Positions 10,157-23,821 of a stretch of 64,000 nucleotides of DNA are shown here, in pieces; the first letter of the stretch is position 1, and each line of letters begins with the position of its first letter. Source of the stretch: an uncultured Gemmatimonadales bacterium. Lineage in GTDB: Bacteria > Gemmatimonadota > Gemmatimonadetes > Gemmatimonadales > GWC2-71-9. The notes below the pieces were generated by a model. That model was given only the letters and a program-made list of their open reading frames with translations. It ran no database searches and was not told where the DNA came from. Position numbers and translations under genes: made by a program. The stretch spans positions 448,001 to 512,000 of the forward strand of contig CAWGED010000019.1 of the NCBI GenBank assembly GCA_963821525.1, written 5' to 3'.

Positions 10157-13100
10157 TTATCCAGTCTTCGCGCCAGTGCGCCCATTGCCAGAACTTTGAC
10201 GCGCGCTCACCGCTCGTAGTGCGCGCACCAGCGCGGGAATCAGCGCCTCTCCACCCAGCCGGGTCAGGCGGAGCGACAGCGGCACGTTTCGCCGGACGTC
10301 CACCGCGAGCTGCACGTCGTCCAGCGCCGTGGTGAGGCCGCCGAGCCGGGGTGTCGCCCCTTCCCGGAAACTGAGCCGTGCCTCATCGCCCCGCGCCAGG
10401 ATGTGCTGCACTTCCAGCTCGGCGCCGAGGACCCGAAGTCTGGCCATGTTGAGCAGGGTGTCAGCGGGCTCAGGAAGGGGGCCAAACCGCTCGCGCATTT
10501 CCTCGCGAAGCTCTTCAATTTCGCCACTCGTCCCGGCCCGCGCCAGTCGGCGGTACAGATCGAGTTTCACGTCGTCATCCGGCACATAACCGTCGGGGAG
10601 GTGAGCCGGACGGTCCAGGACGACCTCGGGCGGAACCGGTCTTTCCAGTTTCCCCTGTCCCCGGAGGCTGCGCACGGTCTCCTCCAGCCACCGCAGGTAG
10701 AGATCGAACCCCACCGCGTGGGCGTGTCCCGACTGTTCAGCGCCGAGCAGATTCCCCGCACCGCGCAGCTCGAGGTCCTTGAGCGCGATACGGTAACCGG
10801 CCCCGAGGTCGGAGTGGTGCTCCAGCACCTTGAGCCGGTCCTCCGCTGCCGGGTCGATCAGATCCGGCACCAGCAGGTAGCAGTATGCGCGGCGGTGGCT
10901 GCGGCCCACCCGCCCTCGCAGTTGATAGAGCTGGGCCAGACCGAACCGGTGGGCATCGTGCACCACCATGGTGTTGGCGTTGGGCACATCCAGCCCGGAT
11001 TCGACGATCATGGTGGAGACCAGGATGTCCACTTCGCCGGAGACGAACTTGCGCATGACCGTCTCCAATGGCTCTGCGGCCATCTGGCCGTGCGCCACGC
11101 CGACCCGCGCCCGCGGGGCCAATGCGCGCACCCGCGCGGCGATGGTATCGATCGTCTCGATCCGGTTGTGAACCATGAAGGTCTGTCCTCCACGGTCCAG
11201 CTCCCGCGCGAAGGCCTCCTCCAGCAGCGCGTCGTCCCACGGCTCCACGAACGTCAGGATCGGTGAACGGTCTCGTGGCGGAGTCTCGATCAGCACCAGG
11301 TCGCGCAGCCCCGCCAGCGAGAGATGCAACGTGCGCGGAATCGGAGTGGCGGTCAGAGTCAGCACATCCACGCTCAGACGCAGAGCCTTGAGTCGCTCCT
11401 TGTGCTTCACCCCGAATCGATGCTCCTCGTCTACCACGAGGAGTCCCAGATCTTTGAAGGTCACGTCGGACGACAGGAGCCGGTGCGTGCCAACCACGAT
11501 ATCGATTTCGCCGGCAGCCACTCGGGCCAGCACCGCCTTCTGCTCCTTGGCGGTCCGAAAGCGCGACAGTACCTCGATCTTGATCGGAAAATCGGCCAGC
11601 CGTTCGAGGAAAGTCCGTCCATGCTGATCGGCGAGAATCGTGGTCGGCACGAGAACCGCCACTTGCTTCCCGCCCTGCACCGCTTTGAACGCAGCCCTCA
11701 CGGCAACCTCGGTCTTGCCGTAGCCGACGTCGCCGACCAGGAGGAGATCCATCGGTAGCGCCTGCTCCATGGCACGCTTCACCGCGTCCGTCGCCTTGCG
11801 CTGGTCCGGCGTGTCCTCATAGAGGAAGGACGACTCCAGCTCCCGCTGCCATCCACCATCGGGTGGGAACGCGTACCCCGCGCTCACCTTCCGTCTGGCG
11901 TACAACTCGAGCAGCTCGGAGGCCATCTGACGGATGGCCTGTCGCGTCTTGTCGCGGACCCGTTGCCAGGAATTGCCGCCCAGTTTGTGGAGGCGAGGCG
12001 GCGGGTGGTCGCCATCTTCATCGGCGGCCCGATACCGTTCCAGCTGGTCGAGCCGGTAGAGCGGGACGTTGAGCCGGTCACCGCCTTCGTACTCGACGAT
12101 CGCGACCTCGAGCGTCGCCTCGCCAACCTGGATCGTGGCGATCCCGCGATAGATCCCGATGCCGTGATCGAGGTGAACGACGTAGTCCCCGCCCTGAAGT
12201 TGTCCCGTTGCAGCAGACGGGGCGGCCTGCCGGTAGCGACGCGGCCGGCGCAAGCGACGAGCCCGGCGGAAAATCTCGTGGTCGGTCAGCACCCGGAGGG
12301 TGCGCATCACGAACCCGCCGTCCAAAGCGCCGATGGCCAGCGTCACATTGAGCCGTGACCGGCCATCCTCGTGGAGCAACTCCTCGAGTCGCTCCAGCTG
12401 GCCTTCGTTGTCGCAGAGAATGAGGGTGGGCAGATCGCCCGCGAGGAGACCACGGAGTCGCTTGAGGTCCCGATCCACTCGGTCCGGCGGCAGAAATCCA
12501 GCCTGCAGCTCCGCCGGCTCATCCCGGAGCGAAAGCCTCGCGAACTGATGGAGGCGAGCCTCCCATCGTTCCGGCGCCTCGAAAATTTCTTCCCGCGCTG
12601 GCACTTCCTCTCCCAGGCGCCGCGCGACCACCAGATGGTGTTCCGCCTCTCGCCAGGCGCGGGATACTTCTTCCCCATTGGCGCCTGACGCTTCTTCGAT
12701 GACGAGCGTTCCCGCCGGCAACAGCTCCAACAATGACTGACGCTGGTCGGCGAGCGGCTGCGGAATTCGTCTCACTCAATCGAGACTCGCCGGTAGCACC
12801 GGCCATTGGAAGAATCGTGATCTCCTCCACACGCCTCGCCCGAGCGTTGCGAAGTGAGGTCGAAACTCCGGATCGAGTCGAGCTGGTCACCCCACCATTC
12901 GAGACGTGCCGGCGCCGCCATGCCGAAGCCGTATACGTCGATGATGCCGCCCCGGACACTGAACTCGGCTACCTCGGTCACCGTGGGGACCCGGCGATAA
13001 CCCATCGCTTCGAGAGCAGTGGCGGTTTCGGTGAGGGTACCGCTGCCTGCCTGCCTCCATCGGGTCGCGCCGGTCCGGAGGCGAAGCGTCTTCTGGGCGA

Positions 13101-13476
13101 GGGAGGCTGGGACGCGGGTGCGCTCCAGAGTCGCCCGGGCGGTGGTGACCAGGATTCGGAGGCGGCCCTCGAGCAGGGCGGCAATCGTTTCCACCCGCTC
13201 ACCCGCGATCTCGTAGTGCGGCTCTTCCTCACCCAGCGCCTCACGCTGGGGATAGAGCGCGATCGGCACATCGGTGAGGTGCTGCAGATCGCTGAGCCAA
13301 CGCTCCGCGTCGGCCGGCGTCGTGCTGATGATGGTCAGCAGCCGCTGGGGCGATTCCTCGGCGAGCCAGGCGGCCAGCACGGCTCCGCTCGAACCGGGGA
13401 GGCCGCCAATCCGGACCTGCTGCCCTCGACCGGGGAGTCGCTCCCGGAGATCGAAAGCAACCGAGGTTCTGCCCAA
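10157..13476 (-). CDS. mfd: Transcription-repair coupling factor; frameshift ~12780-12840
   Basis: UvrB-homology N-terminus (EFSVRGGIID), CarD/RID VVHLDHGIG, GDVGYGKTEVA, DEEHRFGV, QLRGRVGR, TRG motif. Confidence 0.96.
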
Positions 13477-13500
13477 TGCATCGAGCAGAGGTCCGCAGCG

Positions 13501-15289
13501 TCACGTGCGTCGCCTCCAGCCGCTGGCCAGCAGCACTTCGGTCACCGCCAGCGCGAAGGCGAGCCACAACAACGGAGCCTGCAGGTCGGCTCGCCCGACC
13601 TGGGCGAACGCCTCGGCGGCGGCGTGTCCCGATTCAACGATGCGAGCGCCGGACCAGAGAGAGCGCACCTCGCCATCGCTGGCCGGCGCAAGCTCCGATT
13701 CGCGGGGATCGAGATTGGCCGTGAGGACTCCGATCGTGTCCCGACCGCCGAGCAGATAGTAGAGCCCCACCTCCGGCGGCCGAAACGACGCGCCGCCTTC
13801 GATCGTCCACTTCCGGCCATTGGCGATGAGCCCAGTGGTTTGATCCGGTAACGCCACCGGATCCCCCGGTGCCGCCGCGAGCGACGCGATCTGGCCCCGT
13901 GCGACCCGGTTGATCATGGCATCGAGGAACGGCATGAACGCCGCGGAGAGGGGCAAGCTGGTCCACTCGGGATCCATCCGGCTGCCGATCACCACCACAT
14001 CAGCACCCCGAACAATCCACGGCTCGCCGCCCACTGTGGCCAGCACTCCCGCGCTCGAGGAGTTCTTCGTTGCTCGCAGGCGGTATCGCTTGAGAATTCG
14101 TTCGTTGCCCAGCAAAGGTCCGCTGTCCACCACACCCGGCGCCGGCACGATCACGTCGTAGACCCACCCGGTGCCGCGCCGCTCCAATGCTCGATTGACC
14201 GCCCCCAGTTGTGCAGGATCTGCCGGTGGTAGCAGGATCGACGCAGCGGGTCCGAGAGAACCGATCGTCACCTCCGATCCCTTGCGGGCTCGCCCATTGG
14301 CCTCGAGGACCGCCTCGGCTGCTTGCAGGTACTGGTCACCTGTCGGCCAGCGAAACGCCGGCGATTGGTGCCACCCGAACGGCGGCAAGACGCTCGTCAT
14401 CGGCCCGAAATTCGTCAGGGTCAACGAAGGCCCGAAGCGTCCACCACCCGCTGGCCCCTCCTGGAACCGCAATGCTGCTTGCAGTGCCAACCAGGGCGAG
14501 TGCCGCGCGCCCGGTCCGTCCTCCGAGAGAGACCGTTACTGGCGCGGAGCGCCCGGAGTCTCCCGCAAGGGTCACGACAACCGAGGCACCCTCAACGGTC
14601 CAGGGCTGTGACCCTGCCTTCAACGAAGCCACGCCGATGTTAGGCGGACTTTCCCCCTCCATCCTCACTACCAAGAGCGGGGTGTTCACCTTCGCCGGGG
14701 AGAGCGCCGTCGCCTGAAGATCAGAGAGAACTGCGATGCCTCCGGGACGCGCATCGGCGCCGAGTACCTGGGTTGCCGAGGCCACGGCCTCGCCGAGATC
14801 CATCCGGCGATCTGAGGCAGCGAGGCTGTCAACCATGCGACTCAGCTCGGCCGCGGTCCCCCGCTGCGGAATCCCGTCTGCCGTGAGCAGCCAGAGCCCA
14901 TCGGCCGGCGTGGCCCCGTCCAGAATTCTTCGAGCGGCGGCGCGCAGGTCCGTGAGCCGTGAGGTGCCGTTCACCACCTGGCCCGCGCTCGGACTATTGT
15001 CGAGAACCAGCACCAGGGCGCTCGGCCCGTGCCCTCCGGCTTGCCGTAGCGCGGCGGAGGGACCAGCCGCAGCAATGATCAGGGCAAGGATGAGCAGGGT
15101 GCGAAGCAGCAGAAGCAGCCAGTGACGAAGCTTGAGACGCCGCTCATGCTCTCGGGTGACAGCCTGGAGATAGCGGACGGCAGGAAAGACGACCGTCGGC
15201 GGTTCCCGCCGAGCGATCAAGTGCAGGAGGAGCGGCACCCCAGCCAGCGGCAATGCCGCCAGCACCCACGGCTGAAGGAAGGAGATCAC
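13501..15289 (-). CDS. BatA-domain / vWA membrane protein; frameshift ~14500
   Basis: N-terminal FLQP...PLLLHL...FPAVRYL...LLLLLR BatA signature; LDNSPS MIDAS-like motif; C-terminal TM helix. Confidence 0.85.
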
Positions 15290-16212
15290 ACCAGACCGCT
15301 TGGACTCGCCACCACGCGACGAAGGGCCAGTCCGAATGGCATATCCGTGGTTATTCGATGGTACTGGATTCCCTGCGACCGGCACTGACGCCGCCAGTCC
15401 GAGACCACGCTGTGGACTGTCGCGCGGTACGCATCCGCCCAGTCCTTCGGGCGGAGAATCACGGCCTGATGCGTCTCCGGGTCTTCAAACCGCGCTTCCG
15501 CCGGACCGTGGAGCTCCAATTCGAAGGGATCCATCACGTGGAGCACGATTACCTGATGCCCCCGGTGGCGGAGGAACTTGAGGGCCCGAAGAGCGGTTGT
15601 TTGATCCAGCAGGAGATCGGAGATGAACACCACCAATCCGCGGCGCCGTAACAGGTCAACTACCCTGCGAAGCGCCGGCTCTGCGGCCGTTCCCTGCCCC
15701 GCTTCCAAGGCGCTCAGCGCTCGAACCAGCGTGTGCCAGTGCATGGTCCGCGCTTTCGAGGGAATGACCTGGCGGACCACCTCATCGAAAGCGATGAGCC
15801 CAGTCGCGTCGCGCTGCCGGAGCAGCACCAGTGCCAGGGCCGCAGCAATGCGTTGCACGTAAGCCAGCTTCGGCAGGAGCGTCTCTGGATCACCGGTCCA
15901 GGCCATGGAGCGGCTGGCATCGACCACTATCATGGCCCGAAGATTGGTTTCCTCCTCAAACTGCTTGACGTAAAGGCGATCCTTACGGCCGAGCAGCTTC
16001 CAATCGATATAGCGCAGCTCATCGCCCGGCTGATACATGCGATGCTCGGCGAACTCTACCGAAAACCCTCGGCGGGGCGAGCGATGCAGACCGGCCAGAA
16101 AGCCCTCAACCACCCCTTCGGTCAGCAATTCCAGGCCGGCGAGCCGTGAGGCCTCCAGGGGGTCGAGCAGGTCGAACCGGGGGCGGGCTTGAAACGGGGT
16201 GGTCGTGCTCAT
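15286..16212 (-). CDS. DUF58 domain protein (MoxR-associated vWA)
   Basis: GLHRSPRRGFSVEFAEHRMYQPGDELRYIDWK, VKQFEEETNL, DASRSM. Confidence 0.92.
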   Translation of the reverse strand: MSTTTPFQARPRFDLLDPLEASRLAGLELLTEGVVEGFLAGLHRSPRRGFSVEFAEHRMYQPGDELRYIDWKLLGRKDRLYVKQFEEETNLRAMIVVDASRSMAWTGDPETLLPKLAYVQRIAAALALVLLRQRDATGLIAFDEVVRQVIPSKARTMHWHTLVRALSALEAGQGTAAEPALRRVVDLLRRRGLVVFISDLLLDQTTALRALKFLRHRGHQVIVLHVMDPFELELHGPAEARFEDPETHQAVILRPKDWADAYRATVHSVVSDWRRQCRSQGIQYHRITTDMPFGLALRRVVASPSGLV

Positions 16213-16410
16213 GCGGGCCGCAACGTATTGGAGGTTGCCGTGGTAAGTCAACGCGCCGTTTCCGTGTCCGGCAGGCAGGACAGCGCAGCCGTGCGCGCCC
16301 TCAGCCCCACACGACCTAAGTGAATGACAAGACGGAAGATACGCTATTCGGGCCGAGTGGCATACCCCCTGCCTTTCACCTCAGTCCCTGCTCTATCCTC
16401 CGGAGGATTC

Positions 16411-17724
16411 ATGTACGGCCAGCTGGCGCTCGTGGTTGCGACGTTGATCGCCCCGACCACCGGCACGCCTAACCCGGCTCTGTCCCTGCTGGGGCGCCAT
16501 CTCGCGACGTACGATCGCCCCAGAGTCAACGTCTGGCTCAACCAGCAAGATCCTTATCGTACGGGCGAGCCTGCCCGGGTCTTTTTCAAGACCAACATCG
16601 ACGCCTACATCACCGTTCTTCGAGTGGATACCGATGGCAAGGTCCGCGTGCTGTTCCCGGTCGAGCCGTGGGAGGACAACTACACGCGCGGGGGCCGCAC
16701 CTTCGAAGTCCTTGGCCGTTCGCAGGACGAAGCCTTTCGAGTAGATGATCCGGCTGGAGTCGGTTACGTGTTTGCCGTCACTGGTCCCGATCCCTTCGAC
16801 TACGATGAAATCACCCGGGGTGATCACTGGGACTACCGCGCCATCTCCGATGGCCAGGTTCGGGGAGACCCGTACGTCGCCCTGACCGACCTCGCCGCGC
16901 GCATTGCGGGGCCCAACGACTACGACTACGACATCGCGGAGTACTACGTCGAGCAGCACTACGACTATCCGCGCTTCGTCTGCTACGACTGCCACGGTTA
17001 CGTCAGCTACAACTATTGGGATCCGTACGATTCGTTCTGCTCCCGATTCCGCATCGTGGTTTACGATGACCCCTACTACTACCCGTACCGGTACTACGGC
17101 GGACGAGTGACCGTCGTGCATCCTTACCGTCCGGAGCCGAGGTACGTCTTCAAGGATTACAACCCGAGCGACGACTACATCACTCGCGTCGCGACCCGTC
17201 CTCGAGGCGAGCCGAACCGGCCCGGCGATGCCGACCGATCGAGCGCCGATGTCGGCGGCCGCGGCCGGGTTCCTGCGCCGATCGCTCCCCGCCCGCGTGA
17301 TGGCGACAGACCTGATGCAGGTGATCGGGACGGTCGTCCAACTCGCGACAGAACCGGCATTGAATCACCGCGCCGCGTGAGCCCCGACGATCAACCGTCC
17401 CGGGAGGAGGCTCCAGACCAGCCGCGACGTCGGGCACCGACCCCCACTCCGGACCAGCCCCGGCGAACGGGTGAGGAACGTGAGCCCTTCCCCGAGAGCC
17501 GAACCGCGTCGCGCAGCTCCAGCCCCCTCTACAGCTATTGAGAAGCCTCGCTCCAAGGAAGCAAAACCGCGGCAGGAAGCGCCGCGCACGGAGCCGCAGA
17601 AGCAGCCCGCCGAGATAGTGACAAGGACAAGGACAAGGACAAGGACAAGGATGCGGCCCGCAGCAAACCCACACCACCGAAGAGCACCGGGGAGCCCGAG
17701 TTGCGTCGCCGGAAGCCCTCCTGA
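16411..17724 (+). CDS. Exported DUF4384-like protein with low-complexity Pro/Arg tail; frameshifts ~17490 and ~17610
   Basis: Signal peptide; YRTGE..V.F.T..DAYITVLRVDTDG..VLFP; tail reads DKDKDKDKD...EPELRRRKPS* ending at 17724. Confidence 0.7.
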
Positions 17725-17826
17725 TCGTTCGAAACCCGAAATCACGCTCGTCCGTACCGCACTCGCAGGACCCCGGCCATATTTCCTGCCGCAAAATCGA
17801 TCTCTTCAACCTGCGAGAAAACCTGG

Positions 17827-19362
17827 ATGCGTCGTAATCTGGTTCTTCCTTTCGCGCTCAGTTTGAGTCTCACCGCTGTTCCAGCCCGTTACCTGTTTGC
17901 CCAAACTTCCAGTCCGCTCGCGGCGGCCGCGAATACCATCACTCCCGCGGACGTAGCGCGCCGGATCGGAATCATCGCCGATGATTCCATGATGGGACGT
18001 GACACGCCGAGTCCCGGCCTGGAGATGACTGCCGCGTACGTGGCGGACCAGTTCAAGAAGTTCGGGCTCAAGCCCGGCGGGGAAAATGGAACCTGGTTTC
18101 AGCGCTATCGCATCTCACGTCGGCGGGTTGACACCGCGGCATCCAGCGTCGGCTTCACGGTTCAGGGAAAGCGAACGGATGTAAAGCTCGACCGTGATGC
18201 ACGGCTGGCGTTCGGCAGCGTCGACAAGGATGTCGAGGCTCCAGCGGTCTTGATGGGTGGGACGCTCAATAGCACCGAAGCAAAGAGCGCCGATATCAAG
18301 GGTAAAGCGGTGGTAGTGGTGCTGGACTACGGCAAGCCGCTCCAGCCCGAGGTACAGCAGACCATTGTCTCGCTCTACGAGGCAGGTGCCGCCGGCGTCG
18401 TGATCCTATCCAATAGAGACTCTGCCACATTCGCCCAGCGGGTAACGGCGCAGACCCGGCAGGTCAGCCTTGGAGTCGAAGGACTCGGGAGTCAGGTACC
18501 GGTCGTCGAGGTACACCAGAGGGCGTTGGGAACCGTGATTCCAGCCTTGGGGATCAAGCCGGACGAGATCCGCGGAGCCCAGGGCATGAAGGTGCAGCCT
18601 CTGCCCAATCTCCGGGTGTCGTTCCACATCAAGAACGAGATTCTCGATTCCAGCAGCGCGCCCAACACGATCGGCATTCTCGAGGGGAGCGACCCAGAGC
18701 TGCGCAACGAATACGTCGTCTTCTCCGCCCACATGGACCATATCGGCATCTCCCACGGCCAGGCCGACAGCATCAACAATGGGGCAGATGACGACGGCTC
18801 GGGTACCACAGGCGTGATCGAGCTTGCCGAAGCGTTCAGCCAGAAGGGTGTCAGACCCAAACGGTCGATGATTTTTCTCACGGTGAGCGGCGAGGAGAAG
18901 GGCCTCTATGGCAGCGCCTACTTCACCGAGCATCCGACGGTGCCTCTCACCGACATCGTGGCCGATCTCAACATCGACATGATCGGACGCAACTGGAAAG
19001 ACACCATCGTCGCGATCGGCAAGGAGCATTCCGATCTGGGCACGACACTGCAGAAGGTCAATGCTGCCCATCCCGAGCTGCGCATGGCCGCGATCGACGA
19101 CCGGTGGCCGGAGGAGAACTTCTACTCGAGGTCCGACCACTTCAACTTCGCCCGGAAGGGTGTGCCGATCCTGTTCTTCTTCAACGGGGTCCACAAGGAC
19201 TACCACCAGCCGTCCGATTCGCCCGACAAGATCGACGCCGAGAAGGAATCCCGGATTCTCAAGTTGCTGTTCTACCTCGGCCAGGAAGTCGGAAACGCTC
19301 CCCAGCGGCCGAAGTGGAATCCCGACAGTTACAAAAAGATCGTCGAGATGGCCGGTCACTGA
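17827..19362 (+). CDS. M28 family aminopeptidase with PA domain, exported
   Basis: SAHMDH, NGADDDGSG, GEEKGL, NIDMIGR, SDH and YH Zn-ligand motifs. Confidence 0.92.
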   Translation: MRRNLVLPFALSLSLTAVPARYLFAQTSSPLAAAANTITPADVARRIGIIADDSMMGRDTPSPGLEMTAAYVADQFKKFGLKPGGENGTWFQRYRISRRRVDTAASSVGFTVQGKRTDVKLDRDARLAFGSVDKDVEAPAVLMGGTLNSTEAKSADIKGKAVVVVLDYGKPLQPEVQQTIVSLYEAGAAGVVILSNRDSATFAQRVTAQTRQVSLGVEGLGSQVPVVEVHQRALGTVIPALGIKPDEIRGAQGMKVQPLPNLRVSFHIKNEILDSSSAPNTIGILEGSDPELRNEYVVFSAHMDHIGISHGQADSINNGADDDGSGTTGVIELAEAFSQKGVRPKRSMIFLTVSGEEKGLYGSAYFTEHPTVPLTDIVADLNIDMIGRNWKDTIVAIGKEHSDLGTTLQKVNAAHPELRMAAIDDRWPEENFYSRSDHFNFARKGVPILFFFNGVHKDYHQPSDSPDKIDAEKESRILKLLFYLGQEVGNAPQRPKWNPDSYKKIVEMAGH

Positions 19363-19389
19363 CCGGGAGATGTTGGCTATACTTCCCGC

Positions 19390-19764
19390 ATGTCGGAGAC
19401 AACGGGCAGCCTGAAGGACTTCAACGCCTTCCGGACCAGGATGAACGAAACCATCCTGGCCGGAGGCAACCTCACCATCGGCCGGTTCTTCGCGCTCGAT
19501 CATCGGGCGTACGAGCCCGGCGCCCTCGGCACAAAAACGAAGGAAATGCTGGGCCTCGTGTCCTCGCTGGTCCTCCGGTGCGACGACTGTATCACCTACC
19601 ACATCATTCGCTGCGCCGAGGAAGGTGTCACCGACGAGGAGTTCCATGACGTCTTCGCGGTCGGACTGGTGGTGGGCGGCAGCATCGTCATTCCGCACCT
19701 GAGGCGCGCGGTGGCGAGGCTGGAAGAGGTTCGGGCTGGAAGTGAAGTGGGAGACAGGGAGTAG
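19390..19764 (+). CDS. Carboxymuconolactone decarboxylase / AhpD family protein
   Basis: KTKEMLGLVSS..LRCDDCITYH (CxxC..H). Confidence 0.88.
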   Translation: MSETTGSLKDFNAFRTRMNETILAGGNLTIGRFFALDHRAYEPGALGTKTKEMLGLVSSLVLRCDDCITYHIIRCAEEGVTDEEFHDVFAVGLVVGGSIVIPHLRRAVARLEEVRAGSEVGDRE

Positions 19765-19838
19765 TGAGTAGGTGGTAGGGATTAGGGATCGATGAGTCGC
19801 AAGTCACGCCCTATTCCCTACTCCCTACTCCTCACTTC
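19744..19838. repeat. Inverted heptamer tandem repeat (GGAGTAG-like)n ... (CTACTCC-like)n
   Basis: Left arm 19744-19790 includes the CMD stop TAG; right arm 19809-19838. Confidence 0.8.
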
Positions 19839-19880
19839 GATCTCCCCGCTTCGGTCGCGTCCCGGACTATATTCCCCGCC

Positions 19881-21678
<1,798 letters not shown>

Positions 21679-21680
<2 letters not shown>

Positions 21681-21766
21681 TTCCGAGTTCCGAGTGCCAT
21701 CTCCGCAAGGGTCGTACGCCGCACCCCGGTAGGAGCTCGGAACTCGGAACTCGGAACTCGGAACTC
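21679..21766. repeat. Inverted heptamer tandem repeat (AGTTCCG)2 ... (GGAACTC)5
   Basis: Arms at 21679-21696 and 21732-21766 between lepA and the heptosyltransferase gene. Confidence 0.85.
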
Positions 21767-21770
21767 AATC

Positions 21771-22751
21771 ATGGCTGACTTGATTCGGGCCCCAAACCAC
21801 CTGGGCGACTTCGTGCTCTCGCTGCCCGGCACTGGAGGCGGCGCCCCGCGCCGATATTCTGGTGGCCCAGCACCTGGAGCCGCTGGCGCAACTGGCGCTT
21901 CCGGGCCGGGTGATTCTTCCGCTTATTCCGCGGAGCCGAAGGGTTCGCGCGCGGCGTCGTTCAGCTGCGAAGCCGGTCGAGGGCCTCGGCCACCCTGCTG
22001 ACTCCGTCGTTCTCCTCCGCGCTTCTGGTGGCCCTGGCCGGCATCCCCGGCCGGCGCGGCTCCAGGACCGATCACCGCGGTTCGCTGCTTACCGATCCAG
22101 TTGATCCTGTGCAGGTGGACACAGTGCACCGAAGCACAGCCTACATGTTGCTGGTAACCGGAGCGGCACCGGCTCAGCCTCCGACTCCGTTGCTCACTCT
22201 CGACGACTCGGCGCGGAAAGCGTGGTCCGCGCTGCGGCCCTTCGACGCTCCCTTTGTCGGCGTGTTCCCCGGCAGTCGCGCTTCCGCCCGAAGGTGGCGA
22301 CCCGGAACGTTTTCGCCAGATCGTCAATCGCCTGGCCGAGGCGGGACATCGGGTGATTGTCTTCGGAGGGATGGAGGAGAGGGGACTCACCGCGCAGGTC
22401 GCCGGCAGCGATGCGGCTGATCTCGGAGGACGCTGCAGTCTGCCGGCCCTGGCGGCTGGACTGGCGGAATGCCGCTGGCTTCTGACCAATGACAGCGGAC
22501 CGATGCACCTGGCCGCGGCGGTAAGGACGCCGACGGTGTCGCTGTGGGGTGCCGGTGACCCCCATCGCACTGGACCTCTGGGACCCGGTCATCGACTGCT
22601 CCGGCGGACCGACTTGCCGTGCGTCCCCTGCGTCCGCAACCAGTGTCCCCGCCGAGGCAGGGGAACCATTCTGCCGGAGGCCGAGCGCGAGTGCATGGCA
22701 CTGCTCGAGGTTGACCAGGTCTGGCGGGAAATCACGGGGGCGTCGAGGTAG
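21771..22751 (+). CDS. waaF: GT9 lipopolysaccharide heptosyltransferase II-like; several frameshifts
   Basis: IRAPNHLGDFVLSLP N-terminus; LLTNDSGPMHLAAAV.TPTVSLWG; PCVPC. Confidence 0.8.
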
Positions 22752-22818
22752 AGAGATTCACCTTGTCTCTCTATCATTCTTTCTTCTCGATCGTTCGTCC
22801 CCCGTTCCCGGTCATCGC

Positions 22819-23805
22819 ATGCGCCACATCATTGGAATCGATCTGGGCGGAACCAATATTGTCGCCGGCTGCGTCGCCGAGGATGGCAGCGCCATCCATG
22901 GAGTGCGGTCGGTGCCGACCGGGGTGGAGCAAGGCCCGGACGCCGTGGTGGACCGGATCATCGCCACCGCGCAGGAGAGCCTGGAGGAAGCGCACCGGAT
23001 TGTGCCGGGACTCAAGCCGATCGGAGTGGGAATCGGGGCGCCGGGTCCGCTCGACACTCGCGCGGGGATCGTGCTGCTGACTCCCAACCTTGGTTGGGTC
23101 AACATGCCGTTGCGCGAGCGCATGATGAAGGGTCTCAAGCTTCCTACCGCGCTCGACAACGACGCCAACTGCGCCGTGCTCGGCGAATGGTGGCAGGGTG
23201 CGGCGCGCGGAACCCGGCATGCGATCGGGATGACGATCGGGACCGGGATCGGCGGCGGGATCATCCTGGACGGGAAGTTGTACCACGGGGCGTCGGACAT
23301 CGCCGGAGAGGTCGGCCACATGACCATCGATGCCAACGGCCGGCGCTGTAAGTGCGGGAATTACGGTTGTCTCGAGGCATACGCCTCGGGTCCCAATATC
23401 GCGCTCCGCGCCGTGGAGGCGATCGAGAGCGGAGCCGTGAGTTCTCTTCCTTCTTATGTCGGGGGCGACCTCCGCAAGGTGACGGCGCAGACCGTCTACG
23501 AGGCGGCCCACGCCGATGATGATCTCGCGCTCGAAGTGGTCCGCGACACGGCCAAGTTCCTCGGTGCGGGAGTCGCGAGCCTCATCAACATCTTCAATCC
23601 GGAAGCGGTGGTGATCTGCGGCGGAGTCACCCTGGCGGGGCCCAGCCTGTTCGAGCCGCTGCAGCGAGAGGTATCCCGTCGAGCGTTTCGGCCGGCGGTA
23701 AAGGTCTGCCGGATCGTGCCAGGCACGCTGCCCGGAACGGCGGGAGTCTTCGGCGCAGCACGAGCTTTCCTGGAACAGGTCGAGGCAGGGATCGTCACAT
23801 GCTGA
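22819..23805 (+). CDS. ROK family sugar kinase (glucokinase-like)
   Basis: GIDLGGT, NDAN, GTGIGGG, GEVGH, CKCGNYGCLEAYAS. Confidence 0.95.
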   Translation: MRHIIGIDLGGTNIVAGCVAEDGSAIHGVRSVPTGVEQGPDAVVDRIIATAQESLEEAHRIVPGLKPIGVGIGAPGPLDTRAGIVLLTPNLGWVNMPLRERMMKGLKLPTALDNDANCAVLGEWWQGAARGTRHAIGMTIGTGIGGGIILDGKLYHGASDIAGEVGHMTIDANGRRCKCGNYGCLEAYASGPNIALRAVEAIESGAVSSLPSYVGGDLRKVTAQTVYEAAHADDDLALEVVRDTAKFLGAGVASLINIFNPEAVVICGGVTLAGPSLFEPLQREVSRRAFRPAVKVCRIVPGTLPGTAGVFGAARAFLEQVEAGIVTC

Positions 23806-23821
23806 CGGAAACTGCCTAAGC

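Noticed and set aside
17620..17652. (GACAAG)5 hexamer repeat as another hairpin element or contingency locus
   Set aside because: Period 6, no inverted partner, and it encodes DKDKDKDKD in the low-complexity tail of the DUF4384-like protein
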